Position numbers and translations under genes: made by a program. A stretch of DNA of 64,000 nt, from assembly GCA_046538485.1 (NCBI GenBank), contig JBKHIT010000005.1, positions 32,001-96,000 on the forward strand, in the 5' to 3' direction. Shown in pieces: positions 40,590-50,541 of this stretch. The notes beneath the pieces are model-generated. The model was given only the letters and a program-made list of their open reading frames with translations, did not search any database and had not been told where the DNA came from. Positions within the stretch are counted from its first letter, which is position 1. Each line of letters starts with the position of its first letter. The DNA is from Candidatus Brocadiia bacterium (lineage in GTDB: Bacteria; Planctomycetota; Brocadiia; SM23-32).

Positions 40590-41750
40590 TTACCTCCCGT
40601 TTTCAAAGTCCCTTTTGATAAGGTTTCTGTAAACCTTTTCCACGTTATCCGTCTGCTTTTTGAGACTGAAAAGACGCGACATCCGGTCGCGGGCTGCTTT
40701 GCCCCAGTGTCTTCTCCGGTCCTCTTTCTCAGCCATTTCCAACAGCGCATGCGCCAGACGTTTTGGTTTGTCCTGAACCACCATACCAGTTTCGCCGTCG
40801 GCGACGATATCGGGTAGCACACCGCGGTTAGCAACTACCAGCGGGATCTCCATTGCGCACATCTGCATCGCCGCCCGGCAAGATCCGTCGCTTCCTGGCA
40901 CCAGCATCAGGCCCGCATCACACATCGCGAGAACGTCTTTGTAATCATCGGTTCGATATCCGAGCGGATGAACCGTATCCTCCAGACCCATTTCCGTTAC
41001 AGGGTGGTCGAGAATTTCTTCTTTGTGAGTTCCGCGGCCGAGCACGATGATCTTCAAGCGCGAGTTTTTCTCCTGTATTTGTCTGGCAGCTTCCAGCAGG
41101 ACGTCAAATCTCCGGTGCCACTGCACGCGAGCGACAATGCCGATAATGATGTGATCGGCGGAGAATCCGAACTGCTCGCGGATACCAGCGGGCGGTTCCA
41201 TCGGCTGAAATGTGTCAAGATCGACCGCCCCCCGTACGGTGGAGACGTCACCCGGGGAGCGATGCAGTTTTTCCACGGCGAGAGCGCGCAATCGATCGCT
41301 CAAAACGATCAGATGATCGGCCATGCGTTCGGAGAATTGAAAATGGTGGAAGATCGAATTGCCGTAACGCTGGGCGCCGTGATCCGTGCGGATCAACGGC
41401 GCGGTCGTGGGGCTGCGTCGTCTGGCGACTGAAGCCAGGATATGATCAAGCGAACCGTGAACATGAATGATATCAAAATCCTTTTCGGTGAGCAGGTGTC
41501 TCAGGTGACTGGTATCGCTAATGGTGCGTCCAAGCTCGCTGCCCCCGTCAAAATAAAAATCATCGATTACTTCGACGCCCATCTCTCCTGCTCGTTGCCC
41601 CAGGGAATTATCGGTAAATTCGGGGGTGCGGGTGCAGGCCAGGATTGGTCGCCAGCCGCGGCGAGTGAGTTCGGCACAGAGATTGGCAATTGGCTGGGAC
41701 GGACCGGTCCACTTGTAGTCGGCATAGCAGTGGAGAACCGATTTTTCCAT
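40590..41750 (-). CDS. Glycosyltransferase family 4
   Basis: DIIHVH, VDLDTF, GT-B C-terminal domain with DIVADGETG. Confidence 0.88.
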   Translation of the reverse strand: MEKSVLHCYADYKWTGPSQPIANLCAELTRRGWRPILACTRTPEFTDNSLGQRAGEMGVEVIDDFYFDGGSELGRTISDTSHLRHLLTEKDFDIIHVHGSLDHILASVARRRSPTTAPLIRTDHGAQRYGNSIFHHFQFSERMADHLIVLSDRLRALAVEKLHRSPGDVSTVRGAVDLDTFQPMEPPAGIREQFGFSADHIIIGIVARVQWHRRFDVLLEAARQIQEKNSRLKIIVLGRGTHKEEILDHPVTEMGLEDTVHPLGYRTDDYKDVLAMCDAGLMLVPGSDGSCRAAMQMCAMEIPLVVANRGVLPDIVADGETGMVVQDKPKRLAHALLEMAEKEDRRRHWGKAARDRMSRLFSLKKQTDNVEKVYRNLIKRDFENGR

Positions 41751-42037
41751 GGGCGGACCGGACCGAAAAGAGACAATTTTCCCGCACATTTATGGTAGCA
41801 AACCGCCCCCGTAGAATACAAGCAAGAGCGGACTGTCGAGGGATTTGCGCTGTGGGTCCTGCGGGTGCTGATAGCCGTACATTTACCGAAAATCGTGCCG
41901 CCTGTTCCCATTGGACCGAGCGCAAATTCCTCAAGTTTCCTGCGGAAAAGTCGTTAAAGGTTATTGTAACATAAACCTTATGTCTGGCCTTAATCATTCT
42001 GTAAGCTCGCCACCCCGCTTCTCGACCGCGTATCCTG

Positions 42038-42234
42038 CAGACTCGAGTTCAGCTGAGCCCGCCCCGGCGGGCGAAACTGGACTTGAGGCGGACAGATGCC
42101 GGAAAATGACGGGTAGCTGTCGGTCCGCATCGCCGAGGCGGACCTGCCGTTGGTTGTTCTGCTGTTTTGCTCCGAGACCTGTCGGTTTATGGCCCGCGTT
42201 CTGAACTCCAGCCTCCGGCTGAAGTCCAGTCCGC
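42038..42234. repeat. Double-hairpin (REPIN-like) element, copy 2
   Basis: Inverted match to 10034-10176 with a longer spacer. Confidence 0.85.
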
Positions 42235-42638
42235 TCGCGGATCCGGACCCGCTTACAAATCCGCCGGGCTTGTCCCGGCGTGCTTACGGATTCAACCTGC
42301 AATTGTGGGGTAAAAACTTTTTTCTGGCCATGCTAAGTTCCGACTGTGCCAATATTTCTGATCAACGCAAATGGCTCGACTGTCGGCGGCTCAGGCGATA
42401 AACGGCGGACACTTTGTCCTGCATTTTCTGCTGAACAAACAGTGCCAACCGGCAAATTGGCAACAATGGCCGTCGTTGTCTGATCGAACTCTTAGCTTGC
42501 CAAATACAAATTGCTATCAGCAACCGATTGCCGGGTAACGATTGACCCAGTGTGCTGCAAAGGGGTAACTTATCGACCAGCTATAGAAACGGATCCCGGA
42601 ACAGTGAAACCTATACCCACAAGTCAAAGGAGCAGATT

Positions 42639-44843
42639 ATGAAAAAAGCCTTACTAAAATCTTCGATATTTATGGCGATCGCTGGCTGGGTCCTCTGCAT
42701 TGGTGCACCGGCCCTGGCCGCGGAACGTTTTCAGCTCGAGTACGGCGACCGCGGTTTGATGTCACTGAAGTGGGCGGGCCAGGACATCCTGAAGGATGGA
42801 AAGCCGTCGGTTGGACGAATTGTGCTGGAAAAGAAGACCCTCGCCGACGATGGAATTAACGAATATGATTGGCAGAAGCCCGACGTATCGGAGCCGCGTG
42901 TCAAGACGGAACGGGATGGCCGGCGCCTCGTTTACACCTACAAATGGGGAACGATCACGTTCAATTACACATCGGCGCCGGATCGGCTGGAGCTGACAAC
43001 GACGATCCAGAACAAAGCGGACCGAACGATGGCCATGTTCGAAGTAAAACCTTTCACTCTATCGCTTCCGGATCCGCTGGATAAACCAAAACACTGGAAG
43101 CGAATCGCCAACATGCCGGGCGATTTCAACGTTGTGCAGGCGGTCTACGGTGAGCACAAACTGCTGCTTTGCTGCGAGACCGTCATGCCCCTGCATTTCG
43201 GCTTCGGAAAACCGAGGAAGAAAAACACAGTTCTGCCCGTGACCATGCGGGGCAACGTCAACATTACCAGGCCGGGCGGCGTCGTGTATTACCACTACGG
43301 GCTCCCGCGGATTGCTCCGGGCAAATCGCTCAGAATCAAGATGTCCCTCCGCATCACCGATGTCGAAACCGACAACGAGAAAGTGATCCCGGATATGTAT
43401 GAGGCGTTTCGCGCCTACCACACACCCCGGATGACCTGGATGGACCGCCGTCCCATAGGGGCAATCTTCATGACTTCGGGTCGGGGGCCGGCGAACAATC
43501 CCCGTAACTGGTTCCGCGACAAGAAACTCGACGTCCGCACAGAGGAAGGCAAAAAGAAACTGCGGGAGCGTATGATGAAGCACGCCGATCGCTGCATCAA
43601 CGTGCTCAAAGCCACGAACGCGCAAGGTATGGTGCTGTGGAACCCGGAAGGTGGGGAGAATCCGCATCCCATCACCTACATCGGCGATCCGCGGATGGTC
43701 CCACTCGTAGCTCCCGAGATGGCCGACATCTATCCGGATTATTTCAAGAAATTCACCGAAGCCGGCCTGCGCACCGGCTGTTGTCTGCGCCCCAGTCAGG
43801 TCTACATGACGCCGTTCACGAATGCTTGCGACGGCGACATAACCACGCGATGGTCGGTGCAGGACGCTCCGCAGTGGCTGGAAGTGGATTTCGGCAAAGA
43901 CAGAAAAATAGACAGGTCCGAGGTCATCTGTTTCAGTGACCGCGCCTATCAGTACAAGATCGAGGCGAAGACGGAAGGAGGGAAATATTCCCTGATCGTC
44001 GACCGAACCGAAAACAAAACCCCCGGCACAGCTGAGTCGCCGATAACCGACAAGTTCGAGCCGGTGAAGGCGCGATACGTAAAACTCACGATCACAGGTG
44101 CTCATAAATACGAGGGCCGGTGGTGCAGCATCCGGGAGTTCAGGATCTACTCGGGCAAAAAAAAACTCGCCCTGAACAACGCCGCCGACTGCTCGCGCCG
44201 TTTCGGCAGAACCGTGGGCGGCCACCTCTACAACCACAACCCCGAGCGTGATCCGCTCGACCAGGATTACAGTGACATCTGGCCCGAAGGGGTGCCTTCG
44301 GACCGTTTTTTCCCGATTGTGGAGCGCATGTGTCGGAAGATCGAGTGGGCCAAAAAACACTGGGGTTGTACCATTTTCTACGTCGACACCAATGGCGTAA
44401 AACGCCCGGTCGGGGAGAAACAGAAAATCAAATGGTCGCTTCTGGATCCCCACATCTGGCGCGAGATCAGCCGGCGCCACCCCGACGTTTTGCTGATCCC
44501 CGAGTTTGCCCACAACCCGGGGCAGCTCGCTTACACCTCCTGCTATCTGCAGCCCCCCTACAGCCCGCCTGTAACCCGTAGTTTCTGGCGCGAGCTGCTG
44601 CCCGGCGCCTTCAGCGTCAGTTACACCGTCAACTTGAAAAAAGAAAAATGGAACGGCATGCGCGACCGTTTGCTCAAGGGCATCCGGGAAGGCGATAGCC
44701 TGTTCTTCCGTGGCTGGTTTGGCGATGCGTATAACAAAAAGATCAAAGCCCTCTACGATGAAGTCTACGAGCCGGGCGCGATCAACCCCGGCCTGCCGGA
44801 ATCCTACTTGAAGGCTGCCCGCACAAAGGAAAGCCCGCATTAA
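42639..44843 (+). CDS. Secreted putative glycoside hydrolase with internal F5/8 type C (CBM32) module
   Basis: AAGGAG RBS, signal peptide, DGDITTRWS..WLEVDFG..ARYVKL..IREFRIY, FYVD. Confidence 0.75.
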   Translation: MKKALLKSSIFMAIAGWVLCIGAPALAAERFQLEYGDRGLMSLKWAGQDILKDGKPSVGRIVLEKKTLADDGINEYDWQKPDVSEPRVKTERDGRRLVYTYKWGTITFNYTSAPDRLELTTTIQNKADRTMAMFEVKPFTLSLPDPLDKPKHWKRIANMPGDFNVVQAVYGEHKLLLCCETVMPLHFGFGKPRKKNTVLPVTMRGNVNITRPGGVVYYHYGLPRIAPGKSLRIKMSLRITDVETDNEKVIPDMYEAFRAYHTPRMTWMDRRPIGAIFMTSGRGPANNPRNWFRDKKLDVRTEEGKKKLRERMMKHADRCINVLKATNAQGMVLWNPEGGENPHPITYIGDPRMVPLVAPEMADIYPDYFKKFTEAGLRTGCCLRPSQVYMTPFTNACDGDITTRWSVQDAPQWLEVDFGKDRKIDRSEVICFSDRAYQYKIEAKTEGGKYSLIVDRTENKTPGTAESPITDKFEPVKARYVKLTITGAHKYEGRWCSIREFRIYSGKKKLALNNAADCSRRFGRTVGGHLYNHNPERDPLDQDYSDIWPEGVPSDRFFPIVERMCRKIEWAKKHWGCTIFYVDTNGVKRPVGEKQKIKWSLLDPHIWREISRRHPDVLLIPEFAHNPGQLAYTSCYLQPPYSPPVTRSFWRELLPGAFSVSYTVNLKKEKWNGMRDRLLKGIREGDSLFFRGWFGDAYNKKIKALYDEVYEPGAINPGLPESYLKAARTKESPH

Positions 44844-45115
44844 TTCGGTGCGAATCCCCGAACCCTCGTCGTCAGTAAACATCCCGCTTGCGTAACACAC
44901 GGACGGACTGGACTTCAGCGTTCCTCTGCGGGGCTGGAGTCCTTGATTCAAAACAGGCGGGGAAGTAACCTTGAAATAGCTATCCCAGGGCTCGTTAGGT
45001 TGAAGAATGGTCTTCCTTCACACCTGGGCGAAGTCTGCTGCGCCTGCTGCGTGGTCTGCACGGATCAAACTAATGCTATACTGGCACGCGGATACTGGTT
45101 ACGAACTGCCGAAAG

Positions 45116-45358
45116 ATGAGGAGGACATGTGTGAGGAAAGACAAGAAAAACTGGCCTGACGCCCGGGCACCTCTCGCGCGATCACTTTCAGGCAACGAGA
45201 AGGCGGTGGACGTGACGCTCATCAGGTGGATGCTCTCCCTTTCCCCGGAGGAACGGCTGAAGGTTCTCGAAGATAATATCCATGCTCTGAAAAGGTTGAC
45301 AAATGCAAAACGAGCGGCCGAATTTTCTTCTGATTCTCCAAACTCTGACGAATCATAA
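45116..45358 (+). CDS. Small protein preceding a nucleotidyltransferase (antitoxin-like)
   Basis: VDVTLIRWMLSLSPEERL; possible GTG start at 45131 after GAGGAGG. Confidence 0.65.
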   Translation: MRRTCVRKDKKNWPDARAPLARSLSGNEKAVDVTLIRWMLSLSPEERLKVLEDNIHALKRLTNAKRAAEFSSDSPNSDES

Positions 45359-45794
45359 TGTGGACTTCATCATCGCTGGCGGGGTCTGTGCTGTCCTGCA
45401 CGGGGCACCAATCTCCACGTTCGATCTGGATCTCGTCCACTCCAGGGAACCGGATAATGTCAGACGTCTGTTAACGGCATTGGGAGAAGTTGATGCGCAG
45501 TATCGGGACCCGGCCGGAAGAAAAATCAAGCCTGCAGAGGAAGATCTGTCCTCGCCCGGGCATCACCTTCTCATAACACGCGGCGGTCCTCTCGATCTGT
45601 TGGGGGAAATAGGTCAGGGGCGCGACTATCAAGACCTGCTCTCTGACACCGTCGCCATTGAAGTGTCCGAGAAGCTTCGGGTGCGCGTTCTTTCCCTGAG
45701 GGCGCTCATCAGGGAAAAAGAGCAGATGGCCCGGCCGAAAGATGAGGCTGTTCTGGACGTTTTGAGAAAAACGCTTGAGGAGAAAAATGAGTAG
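45303..45794 (+). CDS. Pol-beta-superfamily nucleotidyltransferase
   Basis: IAGGVCAVLHG, TFDLDL, K..ARPKD. Confidence 0.85.
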   Translation: MQNERPNFLLILQTLTNHNVDFIIAGGVCAVLHGAPISTFDLDLVHSREPDNVRRLLTALGEVDAQYRDPAGRKIKPAEEDLSSPGHHLLITRGGPLDLLGEIGQGRDYQDLLSDTVAIEVSEKLRVRVLSLRALIREKEQMARPKDEAVLDVLRKTLEEKNE

Positions 45795-48700
45795 AAGAAA
45801 CTTGCGCATAAAAAAGGTAACGACCGCCTTCCTGCTGATCATCGCTATACTGTCACCCGTGCTCGCCGGAGCCGCTGATCCGACACCGGCTCTCAATTGG
45901 AAGAAAAAGCCGCCGCACCCGGAGATGGCGCTGGGATTCTGCAGCGAACCGCCCACGATCGACGGCGAACTCAGCCCCGGCGAATGGAATCAGGCCAACT
46001 GCATCTCCTCCCTCCAGGAACTGCGTCGCAAAAGAGGCCTGTCTTTCCCGCCAACCCGGGTCTGTCTGGCTCGGGACAAAGAATATTTTTACTTTGCCTT
46101 CCGATGCCCGAAACGTTCCCCTCGCTGGTATAAGGCCAAAAGCCGTTTCCGCGATTCGCCCGTCTTCCTGGACGGTAACTACGTGGAGTTCTACCTGTCG
46201 CCTCCGAGCGGTGGAGGCCATACGCCCGTATACCAGTTCAACATCAACGCCTACGGTGCCGTTGCGGACTGGCGTGTGATCAAAGAGATCGGCGTCAAAC
46301 ACCCCGGCTACAATCCAAAACTCGACCTGGCCCGGTCCGAAACCAGCGGAGAATGGATTCTGGAGGGACGGATCAAAGCCGAAAAACTCGACGAAGGCGG
46401 TCTCAAGCCCGGTCAGACCTGGCGCACCAACTGGGCCCGCTCCTGGCCGCAACGCGCCTGGTCGCTCCGGCCAGGATTCTTCATCGAACGCCGGAATATG
46501 GGATTCCTTCATCTGGACGATGACGCCCCGGCAGTGCAATGGCTGGATTTCAGCGGTCTGCATGACGGGAAACTAAATGTCCCCGCTGCCATCAGGAATC
46601 AGAGCGGTACAAAGCAGACCTATGTGCTGAGCGCGCGCGTCACCGGGAAAAGCGCCGAAGACGTTCTCGCATCCGTGAAAGAAACCGTCGGGCTTGCCCC
46701 CGGCGAACGCAAAAAGATCACACTGAAATCCGGGACGACCTTCGCCGGCAAAAGCGGCCACGTAGAACTGGTCTGCCGAACACCCGGGGGAGAGCGATTT
46801 TACCACCAGTACCTCCGCTTCTCGTCGCGTTACCAGGGCGAAATGGAGAAGATGCGGCAGGCGCTGAAAGAGAAGGCGCCCATGCCGGAAAAACTCGACC
46901 TCAACGTCCGCTATGGACAACTCTACGAGGCTCTGGAGGTGAAAGCGGACACCTGGTTCCTCCGGCGCGCCGGGCTGAAACCGACAGCCGTTACCGTCGA
47001 GGTGAGGCCCGAAGGCAACGGAAAGGAGCCGGTGGCAGAACGCAAGCTAACCCATTTCCAGAAAGACATGGCTCTGACCCGGATCGAGCTGCCGGAGGAC
47101 GCGCCCGACGGCAAATACAACGTCCGTGCCGTCGCATTCAACGAAGCCGGTAAACAGATCGGCACGGCCGAAGCCGGGTTCAAGCGCCTCGATCTGACAA
47201 GCCCGGAAATCAACAGAAAACGCCGGTCGCGTCCGGGGCGAATTTTTGACTGGATTGGCAACGACATTGGCAAGACGCCTCAGGTTCTGCCCCCGTGGAC
47301 GCCGATACAGGTCGACAGAAAAAAAGCAGATGTATCCGTCTGGGGGCGAACCTACAAACTTGCGCGCTCGGGTTTGCCCGCCGAGATTGCGAGCAAAGGC
47401 GATCCGCTGCTGAACGAACCGGTCCACCTTGTCGCCGTCCGGGAGGGACGAGAACTGAAGTTGACGCCCCCAAAGAAAGTGCCCACCGTATCCACCAACG
47501 TCCACGTCTCAACCGCCCGGTGGGAGGGCGACCTGAACTCCGACGGCTGGATGGCGCAACTGGACGCGGAACTGGAATATGACGGATTGATCAAGTACAC
47601 GCTGGATCTCGACTGTGATAAACCTGTGCCTCTGGATGCGCTCTATTTGGATATCCCGATCGCCCCCGACCGGGCGAAATTCATCAACCTGAAGACCGGT
47701 TTGATGCACGCCCCTGAGGGCAAAGGCACCGTCTGGGAAAGCCGTTCGGTCGTGGACAACCCGATCATGGGTACATTGACCCCGCACGTCTGGGTCGGTG
47801 ACTACTCTGCCGGGCTGGCCTGGATCGGCGACAGCACGAAAGGTTGGTATGAAAAACCGCACGAGTCCGTCATCACGCTGGTGCGCGAGGCGGATGCGGT
47901 TCATCTGCGCGTCCACTTCGTTCGGGGCCCCGCGGAGGTAGAATCGACTTCGATGGAATTTGCGTTGCTCGCGACACCGACCAAACCGCTGCCGGTGGGG
48001 TGGCGCGGACATCCGCACGAACCGGAATGGAAATTTCAGTGGTTCCGTGGCCGGTACAACATCGGAGAGAAGAAAAACGGCCGCGAACACGTCAGCTGGG
48101 ACGATCCCCCACCTGCCCACCGGACCGAAGGTGTGAAAAAGGCGCGAAAGGCCAATATGCGGGGAGCTCTGCACCTCCCGTACACGAACCCCCGCTTCAC
48201 CGTGCCTCATGCGATGCCCTGGGCCATTAAGAACGCTTCGCCGGTCGCCAGACTATTAAAGCCAGACTGGGCTGCTCTGCCCGTGGGCAACCCCACCAAA
48301 CCCGTGCCCAGCTATATCGACTGGTCCATCTCCAACATGGCCTACCTGGCGGAACTCCAGGGCTACGCCGGTTTCTACGTCGACGAATCTTACGGGGCCG
48401 AAGCGGCGGACGTGAACCTGATCAACGGGTCCGGGTGGTTCGATCGGGATGGCAACTTGCGCGGCAGCTACCACAGCATGGAGGTGCGGGAGTGGTTCAA
48501 ACGAATGTACGCCGTCAGCCACCGCTACGGTCGAGTCGGGCGTGGCTACATTCTTAACCACGTCTCGACATTCGGCATGGCGCCTCACGTGATGAGTTTC
48601 GCCCACGCGGCCTGTTTCGGCGAGGGAGTGGGCGTGCATGAAGATGACCACAGCATTCTTGACGCCACCACACTGCAGAACCTCCGCTTCTTCAGCGGTA

Positions 48701-49230
48701 AGGCCTGGGGGTTCTACGGGACCTACTTCGGTTTTTATCATGTAAGCCGGGGCTGGCGTAAGAAGGACGAGGCCCAGAAAGAACTCGCGCGACATTCCGT
48801 GCGACAAACCTATGGCACGTTGATGCTGCACGACATGGTGCCGAACAGCTCCTGGATAGCCTGCGGCTGGGGCCCCGGTCCCGAGATCAAACGCCAGTTC
48901 GGCATCGAGGAGCCGGACGTCAAATTCCTCGGGTACTGGTATGAAGATTGTCCCGTTTCGAGTTCAACTGATACCGTGAAGACCAGCGCCTTCGTCCGCC
49001 CCGGCAAGACGCTGCTGGTGATAGTCAACACCGACACAGAATCGGAGCACGAATGCAGTATCGGTCTTGACAGGCGCAGACTCGGGTTTGCAGGAGTCAG
49101 TGTTCAGTATCGCGATCCGGTGAGCCAGGAGGTATTTAAACAAAATGGCAACGCGCTTAAGTTCAAAATCGCCCCGCGGGACGTTCAATATTTCGTAATC
49201 GAACCGGCAAAGATGGGAGCCCGACCATAA
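45787..49230 (+). CDS. Large secreted putative glycoside hydrolase (CBM9-like + DUF6067-like)
   Basis: Signal peptide, PTIDGELSPGEW, PPWTPI, VWGRTY, EYDG, GFYVDE. Confidence 0.75.
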   Translation: MSRRNLRIKKVTTAFLLIIAILSPVLAGAADPTPALNWKKKPPHPEMALGFCSEPPTIDGELSPGEWNQANCISSLQELRRKRGLSFPPTRVCLARDKEYFYFAFRCPKRSPRWYKAKSRFRDSPVFLDGNYVEFYLSPPSGGGHTPVYQFNINAYGAVADWRVIKEIGVKHPGYNPKLDLARSETSGEWILEGRIKAEKLDEGGLKPGQTWRTNWARSWPQRAWSLRPGFFIERRNMGFLHLDDDAPAVQWLDFSGLHDGKLNVPAAIRNQSGTKQTYVLSARVTGKSAEDVLASVKETVGLAPGERKKITLKSGTTFAGKSGHVELVCRTPGGERFYHQYLRFSSRYQGEMEKMRQALKEKAPMPEKLDLNVRYGQLYEALEVKADTWFLRRAGLKPTAVTVEVRPEGNGKEPVAERKLTHFQKDMALTRIELPEDAPDGKYNVRAVAFNEAGKQIGTAEAGFKRLDLTSPEINRKRRSRPGRIFDWIGNDIGKTPQVLPPWTPIQVDRKKADVSVWGRTYKLARSGLPAEIASKGDPLLNEPVHLVAVREGRELKLTPPKKVPTVSTNVHVSTARWEGDLNSDGWMAQLDAELEYDGLIKYTLDLDCDKPVPLDALYLDIPIAPDRAKFINLKTGLMHAPEGKGTVWESRSVVDNPIMGTLTPHVWVGDYSAGLAWIGDSTKGWYEKPHESVITLVREADAVHLRVHFVRGPAEVESTSMEFALLATPTKPLPVGWRGHPHEPEWKFQWFRGRYNIGEKKNGREHVSWDDPPPAHRTEGVKKARKANMRGALHLPYTNPRFTVPHAMPWAIKNASPVARLLKPDWAALPVGNPTKPVPSYIDWSISNMAYLAELQGYAGFYVDESYGAEAADVNLINGSGWFDRDGNLRGSYHSMEVREWFKRMYAVSHRYGRVGRGYILNHVSTFGMAPHVMSFAHAACFGEGVGVHEDDHSILDATTLQNLRFFSGKAWGFYGTYFGFYHVSRGWRKKDEAQKELARHSVRQTYGTLMLHDMVPNSSWIACGWGPGPEIKRQFGIEEPDVKFLGYWYEDCPVSSSTDTVKTSAFVRPGKTLLVIVNTDTESEHECSIGLDRRRLGFAGVSVQYRDPVSQEVFKQNGNALKFKIAPRDVQYFVIEPAKMGARP

Positions 49231-49469
49231 TTTCGCGAAGTCAGAGGACGGAATCGAGATGTTAAGCGAGGAATCCGATTTTAACTGGAGTCTTCTAAAA
49301 AAGCGGTCCCGGCACTGAGAAAGCTTCCGCGCCGGTCGTGTTGTCGGCTGGACAATTTTTGCCTTCGAAGGGCGAAAGTGGTGCGGTGAGGGGGCGCGGC
49401 GGGGGAGGCAGAAGTCCTGGGGGTTGGCAACGATAGGCAACCGCTGAGCGACGTGGACGTACATAGAAG

Positions 49470-49544
49470 TGGAGCGGGTGATGGGATTCGAACCCACAAC
49501 AACCAGCATGGCAAGCTGGCGCTCTTCCATTGAGCTACACCCGC
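49470..49544 (-). tRNA. tRNA-Gly (GCC), CCA encoded
   Basis: GCGGGTG acceptor stem, CCAGC-TTGCCAT-GCTGG anticodon arm, GTTCGAATC T-loop, 75 nt. Confidence 0.97.
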
Positions 49545-49557
49545 TACGACAAAATAA

Positions 49558-49586
49558 ATGTTACCTGCTTACGAACCAATCGTCAA
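49558..49586 (-). promoter_or_regulatory. tRNA promoter
   Basis: TTGACG, 17 bp, TAACAT. Confidence 0.65.
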
Positions 49587-49804
49587 GATAAATGTGCGGG
49601 AAGGAATTTGCGCTAGGGGTGTTTCCTGCTCTTGAAATGCAAAGTCCAGCTTTGTCCCGGAATACGCGCGGAAAGCGTGATGTTTTTCCTCAAATGCCCG
49701 AACTGTGAAATTTTGCGTGTTCCCTCAAGTCACCTATAATAAATATTAGAATCACAGGCGAGAGGACATCAGTTGCCTGCAGAACCGGTAAGGAGACCCC
49801 CGAT

Positions 49805-50443
49805 ATGACCTACAAAGATCGTCGTTCGGCAGGACGCGAATTGGCAGGAGAATTGGAAAAGTACCAGGAAGAAGATGTGATTGTGCTCGGACTACCACGC
49901 GGCGGTGTAGAAGTTGCCTACGAGGTCGCGGAAGCGCTCAATGCGCCTCTCGATGTCATTGTGACGCGGAAACTAGGTGCGCCGAGCAACCCGGAGTACG
50001 GATTCGGTGCTATCGGGCCCGGAGGCGTCCGCGTGCTGGACGACCGCGCGGTGCAGATGCTCGGGCTCGACGAAGACCAGATCGATCGAATTGCGGATCG
50101 CGAGCAGGGAGAGATGGAAAGACGTTTGCAGCGCTATCGCGGCGACCGGCCCATGCCGGAGCTCGAAAAGCGGACTGTCATTGTGGTTGACGATGGGGTG
50201 GCCACCGGTGGGACGGCGCGGGCGGCCATTCGGGCGCTTCACGAACTGGGGGCGGGAACGCTTGTGCTTGCGGTGCCTGTGGCGCCGCCGGATACGGCTG
50301 ACGAACTGGAAGAGATGGTCGACGACTTTGTCTGTCTTCAGACCCCCACGGCGTTCATGGCGGTGGGACAGTGGTATCGTGATTTTTCCCAGACCACGGA
50401 TGGAGAAGTGGAAAAGTTGCTGGAGAAAGCGCAGAGCAACTGA
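49805..50443 (+). CDS. Type I phosphoribosyltransferase family protein
   Basis: LPRGGV, VDDGVATGGT, AVGQWYRDFSQ. Confidence 0.92.
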   Translation: MTYKDRRSAGRELAGELEKYQEEDVIVLGLPRGGVEVAYEVAEALNAPLDVIVTRKLGAPSNPEYGFGAIGPGGVRVLDDRAVQMLGLDEDQIDRIADREQGEMERRLQRYRGDRPMPELEKRTVIVVDDGVATGGTARAAIRALHELGAGTLVLAVPVAPPDTADELEEMVDDFVCLQTPTAFMAVGQWYRDFSQTTDGEVEKLLEKAQSN

Positions 50444-50541
50444 TACAGGGTATCCGGGGGGCGGTGTCGGCAGACGGTGCCCATTTCTGTTCCGGCATTT
50501 TGATGCGGGACGGCCTCCGATAGTGATATTTTGTTCGACTA

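Noticed and set aside
43059..44951. 630-aa minus-strand ORF
   Set aside because: Antisense to a gene that has an RBS, signal peptide and CBM32 motifs
42000..49470. tRNA-Gly-anchored integrative island
   Set aside because: No duplicated tRNA 3' end and no integrase found, although the block looks accessory
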